NCBI GenBank assembly: GCA_950097015.1 | Contig: CATNEN010000039.1 | Coordinates: forward strand, 3,720,001-3,784,000 | Source: Macrostomum hystrix | Lineage: Eukaryota > Animalia > Platyhelminthes | Reading direction: 5' to 3' | DNA length: 64,000 bases | In this document: one piece after another, positions 12,401 to 25,800 of the stretch | Numbering within the stretch: position 1 is the stretch's first letter | Layout: each line of letters begins with the position of its first letter | Translations under genes and position numbers: made by a program | Notes under the pieces: model-generated | Databases searched by the model: none | Seen by the model: only the letters and a program-made list of their open reading frames with translations | Told to the model about the DNA's origin: nothing

Positions 12401-15024
12401 CGGAAATTCTGATTCTCTACTTGGAGAATGGTACTTCAGTAGCTTCCGTTGGTGGTCCAACACTGGTCAAGTCTAGAGTAGCTAATTAAATTTCGCCAGT
12501 ATTTTACCGCCTACACTACTGACAGAAGTATAAAATGAGTATAAAATAAGAAGTATAAGAAGAAGAAGTATAAAATGTATAAAATGAATTTATACAGACA
12601 CAGTAGGAGTACCTTTTTCCATTTTAGAAGGAAAAAGGCTTAGTTTCTAATACGTTTTGTTATCTCAATTGGCCAACTGTACATTTCATGGCTTGATGAG
12701 AGAGATTGAATAAATTCATAGCTCAGTGTTTACAGTCAGAAGGTGCAACCTGTTGAAGGTCCAGAAGCTCTCCGCCTTAGGTGAAGGCCGCTATAGACCG
12801 CAGGCTGCGTTCAGAAGCAGCGCAAATTTTTTTCAGGGGGTCCTTCTACTCTGGCACTGCGCCAATTCAGTATTCAAAGCAGTGCTTACCCCCGACCCAT
12901 CCGCGTCTGGGCCATCAGCTGCGGTCTCACCGGCCGTGTCCTCGGTGATGGCACCGCCGCCTGAGGCATTAGCAGCCTGTTGGCCGGGCTTTCCCGCCTG
13001 CTGTTCCACTTCTTTGGCCCAGGCATCGCGAGGTATGCGCTGAAACTCCAGCGAGATCGCCTGGGTCGACGCGTCTGCGAGATTTTAGATGCAGGTGCGA
13101 ATTCCAGGATAAATTGGCCATGGTTACAGGGATCGGGACAGTGATTAAAGAGACTGGGACAGTGATTAGAGAGATTGGAACACTGATTAGATGGATTGGA
13201 ACAGTGATTAGAGGGATTGGAACAGTGATTAGAGGGATTAGAACAGTGATTAGTTGGATTGGAACAGTGATTAGAGGGATTGGAACAGTGATTAGATGGA
13301 TTGGAACAGTGATTAGATGGATTGGAACAGTGATTAGACGGATTGGAACAGTGATTAGATAGATTGGAACAGTGATTAGACGGATTGGAACAGTGATTAG
13401 TTGGATTGGAACAGTGATTAGTTGGATTGGAACAGTGATTAGATGGATTGGAACAGTGATTAGATGGATTGGAACAGTGATTAGACGGATTGGAACAGTG
13501 ATTAGACGGATTGGAACAGTGATTAGTTGGATTGGAACAGTGATTAGTTGGATTGGAACAGTGATTAGATGGATTGGGAAAAGTGGATAGAGGGATTGGA
13601 ACAGTGATTAGATGGATTGGAACAGTGATTAGATGGATTGGAACAGTGATTAGACGGATTGGAACAGTGATTAGATGGATTGGAACAGTGATTAGTTGGA
13701 TTGGAACAGTGATTAGTTGGATTGGAACAGTGATTAGTTGGATTGGAACAGTGATTAGATGGATTGGAACAGTGATTAGATGGATTGGGAAAAGTGGATA
13801 GAGGGATTGGAACAGTGATTAGATGGATTGGAACAGTGATTAGATGGATTGGAACAGTGATTAGATGGATTGGGAAAAGTGGATAGAGGGATTGGAACAG
13901 TGATTAGATGGATTGGAACAGTGATTAGATGGATTGGAACAGTGATTAGTTGGATTGGGAAAAGTGGATAGAGGGATTGGAACAGTGATTAGAGGGATTG
14001 GAACAGTGATTAGATGGATTGGGAAAAGTGGATAGAGGGATTGGAACAGTGATTAGACGGATTGGAACAGTGATTAGACGGATTGGAACAGTGATTAGTT
14101 GGATTGGGAAAAGTGTATAGAGGGATTGGAACAGTGATTAGATGGATTGGAACAGTGATGGATTGGATGGATTGGAAAAGCGGATAGAGGGATTAGAACA
14201 GTGGATAGATGGATTGGAACAGTGATTAGATGGATTGGAACAGATTAAGCGCTAATCGAGCTCAGTACTCACTCTGCATGGTGGAGGCCAGGTACTCGCC
14301 ATCAGCGGACAGGCAAACGGCCAGGCAGTTTATCCGCTTCTCGCCTTCGTCTTCGTTCATGAGGCGAGCCAGGTGGAAGCCGGCGCCGTCCCAGAGGAAC
14401 AAGCGGGCCAGACCGAGATCGTCAATGGTGGCCAGCAGGTGCAGTCCCGGCTTCACCTGTGCGGTGGCAATGTAAGCCAGGTCTAGTCCGGGCGCCTCGA
14501 ATGAACCCACCGTTGCCATGGAGATGGCGTCTAAGGCTAGCAACTGACCGCTTTCGCAGGCGCAGAATAGAAAGCGACTGCCGAAATGGTCCGCTGGCTG
14601 CTGCTGAAGGTCGGGCTCGTCAGCGGATGGTTGAAGAAACTTGATAGCGGACCGGATGCCCGGTACAACGCGGCAGAGGTCGGTTGGCACCTGGGGCGGC
14701 TTGTGCCTGGAGTTTTCGAGGGCAATAGACAAACGTGTTGACAATGTCTAACAGGTGATGAGATAATGTGCAAACAATTTCAGCATTTGAACAGCAGGCT
14801 CACCTGGCCTGCTCGTGCACTCGTTCTTCTTCGCGCGTGAAAATTTCCTGAAAAGATCGCTCCAGTAAGCTCTCAATGACTTTGTCAATGAAGCGATAGG
14901 GCTGCGGCAGCGGGACGCGATGCTTGTCCGGATCCTGTGAGAAGTCGGCGTCGATATCTGGACTGGGCTCGGACAGCTGGGATAGGCTGAGCGAGTCCTG
15001 CTTTCTGCGCATGTAGACCGGCAT
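410..15024 (-). CDS. WDR93: WD repeat-containing protein 93 (ciliary), 3'-partial. Exons 15024-14804, 14706-14273, 13074-12890, (6892-6686), 5527-5247, 4269-4127, 662-410; continues beyond the left edge
   Basis: The N-terminus [23 protein letters not shown] resembles the WDR93 LPQPYRMINKLV motif. Later blocks ([73 protein letters not shown]) follow in the expected order. All introns are GT-AG and phases are consistent (2,1,0,0,2,1). Confidence 0.85.
1105..1845. repeat. 22-23-bp minisatellite (aatccaaggctaatccatactct)
   Basis: Tandem copies visible directly. Confidence 0.95.
2165..2931. repeat. 21-bp minisatellite (gatcgatatctgtattatacg)
   Basis: Tandem copies. They generate the spurious YYTDRYL and IQISIRI ORFs. 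Confidence 0.95.
4391..5228. repeat. 20-bp minisatellite (gttagccaggaagatcacct)
   Basis: About 42 tandem copies, ending ~20 nt from the WDR93 donor at 5246. Confidence 0.95.
5985..6612. repeat. ~61-bp dimeric minisatellite (two related ~30-bp subunits sharing aaggtcat)
   Basis: Tandem copies visible directly. Confidence 0.9.
7049..7224. repeat. Interrupted (CA)n microsatellite
   Basis: Seen directly. Confidence 0.95.
7770..8080 (-). mobile_element. tRNA-headed SINE-like element, copy 1
   Basis: Body (cacaggtgtgtacatctgccctgac..ggcagtgtaca..tcactgtgccttggagg) is shared with 20725-20998 and 42688-42885. The minus-strand head carries a B-box-like GAGCTCGATTCC. Confidence 0.7.
8584..10503 (+). 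CDS. Divergent glycoside hydrolase family 47 (class I alpha-1,2-mannosidase)-like protein, ~577 aa; exons 8584-8973 and 9160-10503; nested antisense in a WDR93 intron
   Basis: N-terminal TM anchor, then GH47 motifs [79 protein letters not shown] and WVFNT. One phase-0 GT-AG intron. Confidence 0.85.
11241..12376. mobile_element. hAT (Charlie-like) MITE containing a 15-bp minisatellite
   Basis: TIRs gaggggtcggcaaact / agtttgccgaccccag, subterminal ggcccgcgggcc palindrome, and an 8-bp TSD aactaagt (11233-11240) / cactaagt (12377-12384). Confidence 0.75.
11345..12270. repeat. 15-bp purine-rich minisatellite (gagagatgacacacg and variants)
   Basis: Tandem copies visible directly. Confidence 0.95.
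13130..14242. repeat. 21-bp minisatellite (ggattggaacagtgattagat) filling WDR93 intron 2
   Basis: Tandem copies visible directly. Confidence 0.95.
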
Positions 15025-16550
15025 GCTGAAGTCTGGCGGTGTGGCAGTGTCGCACTTTATTGAATTTTCTACACTTTCATTTAGCTCAATGCGAATTATA
15101 ATTTAGCGCAATTTAAAGAAATTAAAGTCCTTTATGATCGTATGAATAACTTAACTTACTACAAGTTAATGATAATGTTTTAGTCTAGATACTATTGTAC
15201 AATATAAGTCCTAACTTAATTTAAAAAAATTTAGTTTAACGTATTGGACTAGGCAAGACGTTAAAAATAATATAAAACGACGTATTTACATATTAAAATA
15301 ATTTGTGCTTGCACCTTTTTTAGTAGCTGGCAAGATATGGCTACCACTAACGTAACTGAATCAAGATCCATGCTTTTGGTATGCAAGAAAAATGTAGAAA
15401 GGGCTATTAACTAATACAGCACAAAATATGTAGTATAAACAGATTAAGATACTTGTGCATGCCAAAATTTATAAGTGTCTGTCAAATTTGAGTTGTAATT
15501 TTGCGATAGGAACTTATTCGTGACAGTTTGATAAATCATAATTGTAACTATACAATTACAATTACTTTCCATTGAACAGAAAACCAATCAGATCGGGCTT
15601 TTTCCTACAATGTATATAAAATTGTCGGCGCAAGTCTGTTAGAAACAAAAATACGATTTACTTTTCCGGTTTTAATAGACAGTGTTAAATTTTCCATCCA
15701 CAGTGATTAATTTTCTTATCAGATTTCGCTGTGCTGTTTCTATATTTTTTTCTTATAAAACCTTAAATAAAGTAAATTATTTAATGGACAAAAATATTTG
15801 TGATATGTCATCATATATTATGCTTCAGTAGCTTGATAAATTATAGAATACATGTCTATGTCCTATAAAATATGTGTGTTTTACAAGTAGACGATAGTGA
15901 TCTGACGACTTGATCTGCTTCATAAAAAAGTTTTATTGCATATGTCAAAAAAAACTAAATTTCTAGATGGATTTGTACTCATGTATGTTTAATGTTTAAA
16001 ATGTTTGATTTTTAAATAAAATTTAGAAAGATATTAGGCAAGAAAGGATAGAGGGATTAAGAGAGATTGGACGGATCTAGTCTTTTTAATTATCTCGCAT
16101 GTGAGCGAGTACACTGTACAACAATGCATAATTGAGAAATTAAAAGCAAAGAAGCAAGTCAAAAAAGTTGGAGTGGCTAGAGCAAATGCATACTTTTATT
16201 AATATATTTACTATTTTCTTGCGAAGTGCCTACTATAATTTCTGTTTAAAAAAAGCGAAACTAAATACTTACTTTCAAACAAAAATACAGCATATTGGCT
16301 ACATTTGATTTACTTATTAATTGTGTGAAAAAATTAAAACGTTTTATCGAAGAAAATTTTATCGCGATTCTTCTTTAAGATTTATGTTCCTGTAAATTTA
16401 CTGTACTCATTAATTTACAATGTTGGAAAGGTGCGTATCTATGAATAATATAATTATGATTCGGCTGAAAATTATGAAAAAACTAGGGTGAAGTACTTTA
16501 TAAAGATAAATACCACTGTTTTACTTAGCAGTTACTTAATTTTTTAAATA

Positions 16551-17523
16551 TACCTTTTCCACTCCAAGTCTGTCACAAGTAACTTCAAATCTGCCGTAGA
16601 TAGCAGAAAGGCATACATTCAGCTCGCAAGCCGAGCGCCAACTTAAGAGTCTATGGTTAAAGCTCAGATCAATTCTGTCATAAGTAACTTCAAATCTGTC
16701 CACTGAACAGATAGGGAATTGGAACCAAAGCAGTAAAGACTAGAAAACTTCTTTATAGACAGACCCAGATTTTAACAGTGAAACTTATTCGTCTATGGCA
16801 ATCTTACATATAAATTCTGTCACAAGTAAGTTCAAATCTGTCAGAGATATATATGTTGACAGCAATGTGAGTTCAGAACAATTTTTTCTTGCCATACCTA
16901 CCATGCCCTATGCAAGAATATGCTTAATAGACAGGCAGCGCCTGGTTAACAGCTACAACACTGGACGGGACTGGAGGAGACTGGCCATTGACCTCGGAAT
17001 CAAAAAGACCACTGCAAACTTGATCCTAAAGCACTATCTAGAGGAAAACCGGACACAATACACAGAGCAAGAGGAGGGGCTAGACACGTGAAAGTAAGTG
17101 AACAGATGCTTCAAGCACTTCACCGGTATGTTGCTGAGAAGCCGACCATCACATTGAGTGAAATGCGAGAGAGGCTGACTGTTGAATTTCACGACGCACC
17201 CACTGTTTCTACTCAATGCCTGAGCAAGAAGCTAGACGGTACTCTGATAACCTTAAAGGACGTCAGGCATGTGCACGCGGGCTGGAATGCGCCAGGCACC
17301 ATGGATGCGCGAGCGATGTACTAATTTAAGAGAACTGTTCAAAATAAACCTTTGTTTTGTTATCTGTTCAGTGGACAGATTTGAAGTTACTTATGGCAGA
17401 ATTGATCTGAGCTTTAACCATAGACTCTTAAGTTGGCGCTCGGCTTGCGAGCTGAATGTATGCCTTTCTGCTATCTACGGCAGATTTGAAGTTACTTTTG
17501 ACAGACTTGGAGTGGAAAAGGTA
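16551..17523 (+). mobile_element. Non-autonomous Tc1/IS630-superfamily DNA transposon with ~163-bp TIRs and a frameshifted transposase N-terminal (HTH) remnant
   Basis: TIRs at 16551-16713 and 17361-17523 are near-perfect, with flanking TA. Internal ORF pieces DWRRLAIDLGIKKTTANLILK and VAEKPTITLSEMRERL..VSTQCLSKKL. No DDE domain. Confidence 0.85.
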
Positions 17524-18799
17524 TAGTAGTTTTCGTTAACATTGTGATTCTTAGATTGTTTCTGAATTTCGTTAATAGTGCCTTTAAAACATACTTAGCT
17601 TAAGTGTTGCTTTTTCTATTAGTATGTTTCATTTAGCATCAATTTGACAACGAAATCAATTGGTTGCCCTTGTATAGCAAAGGTTATAGCAAAATGTTTA
17701 ATTTAACATATTCATGGATTGTCGCGAAATAGTTTTGTGACTAACTAAACCTGCTAAAATATACTCAAACTTTAAACAAATATTTATTGCTTTGTACAAT
17801 TTTCAGTACAAGTAGTCTTATTAGTACACAGTACACTTAGTTTCATTGCTATATATATATATATAATTTTTTACAATATAATTGGTTGCTATTGTAAATA
17901 AAAAGTAGTATGTTGTGAACAAGTTTGGTGTTGTTTGTATGTAGTTAGTTAGGTAGTCATTTAGTTAGATTTTTTGGCTAGAACTATAACTAAAAGCATG
18001 AGCATAATTAAAGTTAAATTAAAGCACAACCATAATTAAAGCAGGCCCTATCTGTCAACTTATGATTAGAAAGCCAGAAATTAGAAAAAGTTCTTTTTTA
18101 ATATTCAGATTTTTTAATTGGTTCGATCTCAAATGGCCAATTAAAATAAAAAATGAAGTAAGTTAGCACAAATAAGTGTTAAATCTCTAAATAATATAGT
18201 ATTAAGGCGGAAGGCCTTTTGTTTACGAAGTTGGAGTGGCAGCGAAGCTAGTGTGCTGCATGGCACGTATATTTATATTTACAGCAAACGCGAGAGCGAG
18301 ATAGAGGGGCCTAGGGAGGTGCGAAATTGTGGCGTGACTTCTCACACCCCGGCTTAGCGAGCCGGCTGGCTGGGTGCACCAACCCCCACCTCAACTAGAC
18401 TGAGGTTGAGGGGTTTTGGGTGCGGCTGCACTGGCGCTGGCTGGTCGCGTGTTGACTGTCCGCCACAGTATGCACATTGGTTGAGAGAATTTTTTATTAA
18501 TATAAAGTGCAAGTTTGCTCTTAACTGTCCATCTACATAGAGGGCTACAACATATTATAAAAAATATTTTTATACCACTGTAAGGCTTAAACAAAACATG
18601 CTTTTATTGCTTTCTTCTTTAAACAGATGTAAGTCAATTCTTTAGGAGAATATAGCTAATAAATAGTTATGATAAACTATAAGTTACTGTAAGTTACACA
18701 TACACATGAGTGTATTTGAGTGTTTCTATTTTGTTGGTTTTAGAAATTTAGGTGCTATGTAGTATTATAGTTACTCCTTAATTTTGTGTTGATTTTATA

Positions 18800-20607
18800 A
18801 TAATAATAATAATAGTTACACTCCACGCCGACCACAGAAGTGGCCAAGAGGGGGGAGCGTCAAAACGCGCGTTTCAGTGCCAGGTCTCTGACGTGCTTCA
18901 CGCCTGCCGCCTGGCTGGGTGCTCGGGCGTCTTCAAAAAGGCGGTCAATATAGCGGGCTGTACGTCCCTGGCCGCGCCTGCGCGGTCCCTGCGAGGTCCA
19001 CAGCAGGACATCCTGCAGCGGCTCTGGGCAGTAGGCTTCGGCGCGGATGACATGCCCGGCCAGCCGCAGTCGCCGCTGACTCAGCAGGACAGAAGGCCGC
19101 GTTAGGCGCGCACGCTGGTACAGGGACTCGGTTGTCTCGCTGCCAGGGCCGCGGCGGGCGCCGAAAGCGGCGCGAACTAGGGCCGCATGCGCCGCGTCGA
19201 GCTGCGCCTCGAGCGCCCCGGTCATCGTCCAGGTCTCAGCATTGTACAAGAGGGCGGTCTCGACAACTGCCTGGAACAGCTGGGACCTGGCGCCGTTCGA
19301 CAGGGCCTCGGAGAGTAGCACCGCCCGCACAGAACGGTAGGCGGCCCAGGCCTTGCCGCGTCGTCTCGCCAGGTCGTCGCCCACGTCAGGCACCAGTCCG
19401 CCGAGGTAGACGAACTGACGGCACTTCGGGAGCACGGTCCCGGGGCCGTCACCGTCTCTTAGTCGAATCTCGGCAGGTAGGTTTTGCGGCACCGTCAGCA
19501 CCTCGGTCTTCATGGCGTTGATAGCGAGGCCGACCCTCGCCGCCGCCGCAGTCAGGCCATCCAGCAGCCGTTGGGCGCCTTCGGCCGTCGTAGACAGCAG
19601 GGCAAGGTCGTCCGCGTAGCCGAGGACAGACAACTTCTTCTCCGGGTGCCGTCGACTAGTGCGTCTTTGAAGCAGAAAACCGTCCTCTGCAGTCGGCAGG
19701 CCGGTCCTGAGCACCCAGTCCATCACCAGCACGAAAAGAAAAGGCGCCAGGGTGTCACCCTGCAGCACTCCGGAGGTAGTGCTGAACAGGTCCGACGGTC
19801 CGTCTGGCGTCGCTACCACAGCGGTGGTGTCCTGATACAGTGCCATGATGGCGGAGATCAGCTGCTGCGGTATGTTGTAGGCACGGAGCACGTGAGGCAG
19901 CGCGCCGCGGGCCACCGAGTCGAAAGCTTTGAGAAAGTCAACAAAGATGACGACAAGGCTTGACTGGTGGATGCGCGCCTCCTCGATGATGCGACGGAGG
20001 GCCAGGATCTGAGTCACCGTGCCGCGACGGGGCCGGAACCCATTCTGCTCGTACCGCAGAAACGAGTCCAGCACAGGCTGTAACCGTGCTAACAGCACCC
20101 GGTTGAACAGCTTCGCGGCACAGGACATGAGCGAGATCCCGCGATGCTCCTCCTTCTTTGTAGTGCCCGGCTTCTTCGGGATGCCGACGATGGTGGCCTG
20201 GGTCCACTCGCGGGGCGCAGGGCCTCCCGCCAGGACGCCGTTCATCACGCGGGCCACCTCGGTGGCAACCCTTGTGACTCGCAGTGCCTCTACGGGGACC
20301 TCATCCGGACCGGGGGCGCGGCCTCCCGGTGCCCTGCGGGCGAATTCCACGATGTCGGTGCTGGTCACTGGACTGGTGTCGAAGTCCTCCTGCCGCGGTA
20401 GCGCCACCTCGGGGGGCAGCGGCATCTCGTTCGGCAGAGTCGGCGGCGGCGCGTTGACAATGGCGGCGAAGAAGGTGCGCAGCTCGTTTCTGCGCTCCTC
20501 GGCAGTATCGCCAGCCAGGTTGAGCGCCGCTTTCGTTTTGCGACCGGTGAGGGCGTTCACAACGGGCCAGACGACCCTGTTCTGCCGTTCAGGCCCGACA
20601 GAGGGCC
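18800..20607 (-). mobile_element. 5'-truncated RTE-clade non-LTR retrotransposon; intact reverse transcriptase ORF 20560-18860
   Basis: RT motifs GISLMSCAAKLFN, EQNGFR, FVDFLKAFDS, GVLQGDTLAPFLF and YADD. (TTA)n tail near 18798-18813. TSD tgattttata at 18790-18799 and 20608-20617. Endonuclease domain absent. Confidence 0.92.
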
Positions 20608-20724
20608 TGATTTTATATAATATTAGTAATAGTTTGTGATTTATATCTTATAACTATGAGTGCCATTTTATATCTACCTACTGTTGTAGTAGTAATTGCA
20701 GAAGGGCTGTGGGAAATGCCACAT

Positions 20725-20998
20725 CATTTGGTGACATCAGCCAGCCAGGAGGCAATTATGACCAGTCTGCTAACTCCTGAGCACACACACACACTAACAC
20801 AAGATGTGTACATCTGCCCTGGCTTTCTTATGTTTAGACAGTGTACACTTCACTGTGCTTTGGTGGCATAAATTGCATTTCAAGCCTCCAAACCTTTTCT
20901 CAATGGCTGTGGCCCAACTAATCTGGTCTTGCCATGGATTCAAGCTCAGGGACCTTGATACGAGGCAAATGCATTAGACCGCTCTGCCACTGACCCCC
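20725..20998 (-). mobile_element. tRNA-headed SINE-like element, copy 2
   Basis: Minus-strand head ggggtcagTGGCAGAGCGGtctaatgc (A box) ... GAGCTTGAATCC (B-box-like). Body homologous to copies 1 and 3. Confidence 0.7.
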
Positions 20999-22803
20999 TG
21001 ACAAAGGCTAGATTTGGCTGATGTGGCTGATCTACCTACTGACTTTCAAAATAGTTCTGTAATGAAATTCGATCTGAAAAGTATTTAGTATGTGCAAATA
21101 TTTAAGTTTTTTGCTTTCTTGCTATATTACTTCTATTAGTATGAAACTTTCCCCGATTTTACTCATTAAACCATTTTAAATTAGTGATGTACTATTGAGT
21201 TGTAGACATGCAGAGAAATTTTAATCTCAGAAGCAGCTTGCCAACATACAGCCTTCCAGTTTTTGTATTAATTAAATTTCGTTTAGTAAGGCTTTCAAAT
21301 ATTTTATATTTAAGGGCCTACAAAGAACTCGTTGAATAATTAATCAGTAAATGGAAATTCTCTCCAGTGTTCCAACATGGTTTCTTTTTTATTTTTTTCT
21401 CTGTAGATTCACGAAGCCATTATTTTTATATTGCGAGCTTTGAGTAGGTGAAAATTAGTATTCTCTTTTTTTGGCTTTCAATCGTAATGAGATTTCGAGA
21501 ACAAGAGGGACAGACGAGCGCTGAAGAGGCCGAACCATTTGAGCTCCGGCAGATGGCCTGCTAATCGAAATTTACTTTTCTAGTCTAGGCTGAGTCCGCT
21601 GAGTGTCCGCTTATTGCTGGCTTATTTTAAGTCTATATTTGACAGCCGAGGTGGCGGGTGCGGCCATTTCCTCGCTGTCGATTCGCTGGGCTTTGAAAGG
21701 ATTTTTTCGGTAAAAAATCGTCGATTCTCTGTCTTGCTCACTAGCTGCTCTGCCTTTTTTTGACTGCTTGACTGCCTTCATCATCATTTTTCCCTGTGGT
21801 TTGGCCTCCTCAGACTCGCGCACTCCAATGCCCCTTCGGCTCTTAGTACATTCACTATTCCCTATTCCCATCTTCCCGTCTCCATTCCTCTTCCTTCTTC
21901 CCAGCGCTGGCCAAGATTATCCCGTTGGGGATTAGCAGTTCTGCACCCGCCCGGTCCCGGGTCAGAATTATTTTTCCATCTTCTCTCTATAAAGTCCATT
22001 CTGGTCAATTTTCTTCTACTGGCCTCTTCTAGTCTCGGTTTGCCCGGTTTGCTCGGCGACGGATCGGCGGAGTCTCTGGAGCCCCCCTGCCTGCCTTGGC
22101 CCACCGCGATTTTCGCCAATTGCTTCGCCCGGCCCCGCCCTGGACACCTCCCTGGCGCTCGCCAGCTCTATTTCTCCAGTCGGGCCTAATCTTTGAGGCG
22201 CGATTGGAGAAATGGGAAAATAAAAATCCCTCCCAGGAGCTGAGATCCCTTGGCTAAAAAAGACTGACTGACTGCTCTGCACGCCTCCGGGCATATATTG
22301 GGGGGATTTACAGACCGCCCTACCCGAGGCCGTCCTTGAGGTGTCAGATTTCAATCTGAACGAAAAACCAACACAAGAATGACTTGAATTATTGACTAGC
22401 TTCAATATTATTCCCAGCCAGCGTAGAGGCACAGCCGGGCCTGTAGGTTTCCCTCTTCAATCCGATTGTTCAATTGCTCTGTTGATTTCCTTTGTTAGTA
22501 ATTGTGCAGCTGCATCGTTGAGCAGTGGTGAAACAAAATATGAGTGCAGGTAAAAGACACGCCGTTATATGTCAATGTCCTTACCTCTCACATATGAGCT
22601 CATTATTTTATAACTCCCGGCTGCTTGAGTCCAGTTTTCCACTTGAGCTGTTCTACACTGTCCAACAACTCGAAAAAATAATGATCTCAGTAATAATGAT
22701 TTTCTAATCTTCTGTTCTCATAATAAGCTAAACATCCTTTTGCTTAGTTAGCTACTGTACTGACATGAGTTGATCAATCCTTACTTCCATCCATTAAACT
22801 TCA

Positions 22804-25800
22804 AGGATTGACGGATTCAGTTGAGGATTGACGGATTCAGTTGAGGATTGACGGATTCAGTTAAGGATTGACGGATTCAGTTAATGATTGACGGATTCAG
22901 TTAATGATTGACGGATTCAGTTAAGGATTGAAGGATTCAGTTAAGGATTGATGGATTCAGTTGAGGATTGACGGATTCAGTTAAGGATTGACGGATTCAG
23001 TTAAGGATTGACGGATTCAGTTAAGGATTGACGGATTCAGTTAAGGATTGACGGATTCAGTTAAGGATTGACGGATTCAGTTGAGGATTGACGGATTCAG
23101 TTGAGGATTGACGGATTCAGTTGAGGATTGACGGATTCAGTTAAGGATTGACGGATTCAGTTAAGGATTGAAGGATTCAGTTAAGGATTGACGGATTCAG
23201 TTAAGGATTGACGGATTCAGTTGAGGATTGACGGATTCAGTTAAGGATTGACGGATTCAGTTAAGGATTGAAGGATTCAGTTAAGGATTGACGGATTCAG
23301 TTAAGGATTGACGGATTCAATTCAGTTAAGGATTGACGGATTCAGTTAAGGATTGACAGATTCAGTTAAGGATTGACGGATTCAGTTAAGGATTGACGGA
23401 TTCAGTTAAGGATTGACGGATTCAGTTAAGGATTGACGGATTCAGTTGAGGATTGACGGATTCAGTTGAGGATTGACGGATTCAGTTGAGGATTGACGGA
23501 TTCAGTTAATGATTGACGGATTCAGTTAATGATTGACGGATTCAGTTAAGGATTGAAGGATTCAGTTAAGGATTGACGGATTCAGTTAAGGATTGACGGA
23601 TTCAGTTGAGGATTGACGGATTCAGTTAAGGATTGACGGATTCAGTTAAGGATTGACGGATTCAGTTAAGGATTGACGGATTCAGTTAAGGATTGACGGA
23701 TTCAGTTAAGGATTGACGGATTCAATTCAGTTAAGGATTGACGGATTCAGTTGAGGATTGACGGATTCAGTTAAGGATTGACGGATTCAATTCAGTTAAG
23801 GATTGACGGATTCAGTTGAGGATTGACGGATTCAGTTAAGGATTGACGGATTCAGTTAAGGATTGACGGATTCAGTTAAGGATTGACGGATTCAGTTAAG
23901 GATTGACGGATTCAGTTAAGGATTGACAGATTCAGTTAAGGATTGACGGATTCAGTTAAGGATTGACGGATTCAGTTAAGGATTGACGGATTCAGTTAAG
24001 GATTGACGGATTCAGTTGAGGATTGACGGATTCAGTTGAGGATTGACGGATTCAGTTAATGATTGACGGATTCAGTTAATGATTGACGGATTCAGTTAAT
24101 GATTGACGGATTCAGTTAAGGATTGAAGGATTCAGTTAAGGATTGACGGATTCAGTTAAGGATTGACGGATTCAGTTGAGGATTGACGGATTCAGTTAAG
24201 GATTGACGGATTCAGTTGAGGATTGACGGATTCAGTTAAGGATTGACGGATTCAGTTAAGGATTGACGGATTCAGTTAAGGATTGACGGATTCAGTTGAG
24301 GATTGACGGATTCAGTTGAGGATTGACGGATTCAGTTAAGGATTGACGGATTCAGTTGAGGATTGACGGATTCAGTTGAGGATTGACGGATTCAGTTAAT
24401 GATTGACGGATTCAGTTAATGATTGACGGATTCAGTTAATGATTGACGGATTCAGTTAAGGATTGACGGATTCAGTTAAGGATTGACGGATTCAGTTAAG
24501 GATTGACGGATTCAGTTGAGGATTGACGGATTCAGTTAAGGATTGACGGATTCAGTTGAGGATTGACGGATTCAGTTAAGGATTGACGGATTCAGTTAAT
24601 GATTGACGGATTCAGTTAATGATTGACGGATTCAGTTAAGGATTGAAGGATTCAGTTAAGGATTGATGGATTCAGTTGAGGATTGACGGATTCAGTTAAG
24701 GATTGACGGATTCAGTTAAGGATTGACGGATTCAGTTAAGGATTGACGGATTCAGTTGAGGATTGACGGATTCAGTTAAGGATTGACGGATTCAGTTAAG
24801 GATTGACGGATTCAGTTAAGGATTGACGGATTCAGTTAAGGATTGACGGATTCAGTTGAGGATTGACGGATTCAGTTGAGGATTGACGGATTCAGTTAAT
24901 GATTGACGGATTCAGTTAATGATTGACGGATTCAGTTAATGATTGACGGATTCAGTTAAGGATTGAAGGATTCAGTTAAGGATTGACGGATTCAGTTAAG
25001 GATTGACGGATTCAGTTAAGGATTGACGGATTCAGTTAAGGATTGACGGATTCAGTTGAGGATTGACGGATTCAGTTGAGGATTGACGGATTCAGTTAAT
25101 GATTGACGGATTCAGTTAATGATTGACGGATTCAGTTAAGGATTGAAGGATTCAGTTAAGGATTGATGGATTCAGTTGAGGATTGACGGATTCAGTTAAG
25201 GATTGACGGATTCAGTTAAGGATTGACGGATTCAGTTAAGGATTGACGGATTCAGTTGAGGATTGACGGATTCAGTTAAGGATTGACGGATTCAGTTAAG
25301 GATTGACGGATTCAGTTAAGGATTGACGGATTCAGTTGAGGATTGACGGATTCAGTTGAGGATTGACGGATTCAGTTAAGGATTGACGGATTCAGTTAAG
25401 GATTGACGGATTCAGTTAAGGATTGAAGGATTCAGTTAAGGATTGACGGATTCAGTTAAGGATTGACGGATTCAGTTGAGGATTGACGGATTCAGTTAAG
25501 GATTGACGGATTCAGTTAAGGATTGACGGATTCAGTTAAGGATTGACGGATTCAGTTAAGGATTGACGGATTCAGTTAAGGATTGACGGATTCAATTCAG
25601 TTAAAGATTGACGGATTCAGTTAAGGATTGACAGATTCAGTTAAGGATTGACGGATTCAGTTAAGGATTGACGGATTCAGTTAAGGATTGATGGATTCAG
25701 TTAAGGATTGACAGATTCAGTTAAGGATTGACGGATTCAGTTAAGGATTGACGGATTCAGTTAAGGATTGACGGATTCAGTTAAGGATTGACGGATTCAG

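Noticed and set aside
11117-12463. Long Cys/Ser/His-rich ORFs in three frames
   Set aside because: Translation of the 15-bp array inside a MITE.
21480-22450. GC-richer island with short minus-strand ORFs
   Set aside because: No recognisable protein motif. It may be the CAMTA promoter or 5'-UTR exon, but this cannot be supported from sequence alone.
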